Source: an uncultured delta proteobacterium
GTDB lineage: Bacteria > Myxococcota_A > Polyangia > Haliangiales > Haliangiaceae
Reading direction: 5' to 3'
DNA: 64,000 nt
NCBI GenBank assembly: GCA_963848295.1
Contig: CAWKDB010000010.1
Span: 3,520,001 to 3,584,000, forward strand
This document shows positions 62,230-64,000 of the stretch, piece by piece. The notes under the pieces were generated by a model. It was not told where the DNA came from, made no database searches, and saw only the letters and a program-made list of their open reading frames with translations. The position numbers and the translations under genes are program-made. Every line of letters begins with the position of its first letter. Positions within the stretch are counted from its first letter, which is position 1.

Positions 62230-63457
62230 GCTGGATCACCACACTGCGGCTCGCGATCCGCGCGATGTACCGCAACCTCGTGCGTACGGTCCTGACGATG
62301 CTCGGCATCGTGTGCGGGATCGCGCGCCGTGATCGCGATGGTGTCGCTCGGCCGCGGCGCGCAGCAATCGGTGCGCGACGTGTTCACCGGCCAAGGGACG
62401 AACGTGCTCCAAGTCTTCAACGGTTCGGTGCCGACGAACGGCGCGGCCGGCGGCCTGGGCTCGCGGCAGTCGATCACGTGGGAGGACCTCAAGGCGCTGA
62501 ACAGCGGCGAGATCAGCACGATCAAGTGGGCGGTCGCGGTGCTGCAGACGCACGTCCAAGTCGCGTCCGAGGAGCAGAACTGGCTGACCTCCGTCGTCGG
62601 CACGACCGCAGACTGGTTCAAGATCCGCAACTGGGCGGCGGCCAAGGGCTCGATCTTCGACGAGGACTCGAGTCAGAGCAACGCCAAGCTGTGCATCCTC
62701 GGCGCGACCGTCGCGGCGCAGCTGTTCCCGAGCTCCGATCCGATCGGCCAGACCGTGCGCATCCAAGGTCAGCCGTATCAGGTCTACGGCGTGTTGACGA
62801 GCAAGGGTGCCGGTCCGATGGGCGACATGGATGACCTCATCGTCATCCCGATCAAGACGTATCAACAGAAGCTCTCGAAGGGGCTGGCGAAGTACATCCC
62901 GGGCCAGATCATGGTGTCGATGCAGCAGGACGATCAGGCCGATCACACGATCGCGGCGATCACCGCGCTGCTGCGCGATCGCCACAAGCTCGACACGACC
63001 CAGGACGACGATTTTCGCATCCGCAACCCCGCGGATCTGGCGAAAGCCGCGCAGGACTCGGCGACGCGGATCTCGATCTTGCTCGCGATCGTTGCCGGGG
63101 TGTCGCTGTTCGTCGGCGGCATCGGCGTGATGAACATCATGCTGGTCAGCGTGATCGAGCGAACGCGCGAGATCGGGATTCGGATGGCGGTCGGCGCGCA
63201 GTCCGATCGACGTGATGACCCAGTTCCTCGTCGAAGCGCTCGTGCTCGCGATCGTCGGCGGTGCGCTCGGCATCGGCTTGGGCTACATCGCGGCGAAGTA
63301 CGGCGCCGAGTACTTCCACTTCAAGATGTTCTTCCCGGCTTCGATCGCGGCGCTCGCGTTCGGAGTCGCCGGTGGGGTTGGCGTCGTGTTCGGGTTGTAT
63401 CCGGCGATCCGCGCATCGCAACTCGATCCGATCACTGCGTTGAGGTACGAGACATGA
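62226..63457 (+). CDS. MacB-type ABC permease with two frameshifts (about 62325 and 63203)
   Basis: RTVLTMLGI; GGIGVMNIMLVSVIERTREIGIRMAVGA; QFLVEA..GLYPAIRASQLDPITALRYE. Confidence 0.85.
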
Positions 63458-64000
63458 AGTCGCTAGTCGGTCTGTCGTGCATCCTTGTCGTCGCGTCGGG
63501 CGTCGCGCTCGCGCAACCCGGTATCACCTCGCCGCCGCCTCCGGCGCCGACCGCTGGCAGTGGCTCCGGCAATGCGCCGGCGCCGACCCCGGGCGCCGGT
63601 TCGGGCTCGGACGAGCAGCCGCAGTGGCTGCCCGGAATCCCGAACGTCACCGGCGAGGAGACCGCGCAACCCGGCAAGCTGTTGCTGTCGATGCAGCGCG
63701 CGGTCGAGCTCGCGTTGGAGCAGCACCCGACGCTGCGCCAGCAACAAGCGGCGGCCGAAGCGGCCTACGGTCGCGTCGCGCAAGCCGGCTTGCCGACGCA
63801 GCCGACGCTGACGCTCGCCGGCACGCTCGGCGCGTCGTCGCAACCGCAGAAGCCGTGCAACATCGGTGACACCGCGCTCAACTGCGGCGGGTTCGATACG
63901 CACCAAGAGTCGACCGGGTTGTCGGCGACCGCGGCGTGGAAGATCACCGATTTTGGTGTGACGCGGCTCAACGTCCGCGCCGCCGACCTCAACGCCGTCG
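63454..64000 (+). CDS. TolC-family outer-membrane efflux protein (3' truncated)
   Basis: Signal peptide; LSMQRAVELALEQHPTL..PTLTL; position after MacAB-like genes. Confidence 0.8.
   Translation, partial: MKSLVGLSCILVVASGVALAQPGITSPPPPAPTAGSGSGNAPAPTPGAGSGSDEQPQWLPGIPNVTGEETAQPGKLLLSMQRAVELALEQHPTLRQQQAAAEAAYGRVAQAGLPTQPTLTLAGTLGASSQPQKPCNIGDTALNCGGFDTHQESTGLSATAAWKITDFGVTRLNVRAADLNAV

Noticed and set aside
61519..63457. Programmed ribosomal frameshifting in the ABC exporter
   Set aside because: No slippery heptamers at the sites; four indels in 2 kb fit sequencing error better
62338..64000. Apparent permease-TolC fusion reading frame
   Set aside because: Created by the indel near 63203; the true permease C-terminus is in another frame and TolC has its own ATG and signal peptide

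Overview
High-GC bacterial chromosomal DNA. The MYXO-CTERM motif, Cys-rich lipoproteins, Ser/Thr kinase and dense signalling point to Myxococcota (inference). Bases 1-22.8 kb form one signalling block: a Wsp/ACF-like chemosensory operon (cheW, cheR-TPR, cheW, CHASE3 MCP, hybrid cheA, cheB), five further histidine kinases including a globin-like/HK/REC/REC/EAL fusion, three stand-alone receivers, and a (TP)n porin plus a small periplasmic binding-protein-like partner. tRNA-Lys(CTT) and tRNA-Arg(TCG) follow. The next gene is the strongest novelty candidate: a ~1330-aa ORF that reads as a polyprotein (lipoprotein signal, BPI/LBP-like domains, an INTERNAL MYXO-CTERM, a second lipoprotein signal, a propeller-like domain), directly upstream of mltA. 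The rest is envelope genes, an HTH-PTS EIIA fusion, a degenerate PrsW coupled to a trypsin-like protease, pcnB, a histone-H1-tailed protein behind a six-copy motif array with a perfect DnaA box, a Ser/Thr kinase, serC, recD2, pfkA, an OmpR-family pair and a MacAB-TolC-like exporter. Many genes look leaderless. About seven single-base frameshifts are probably assembly errors. No CRISPR array, IS element, integrase or rRNA was recognised. All domain calls are by-eye motif recognition, not database searches.
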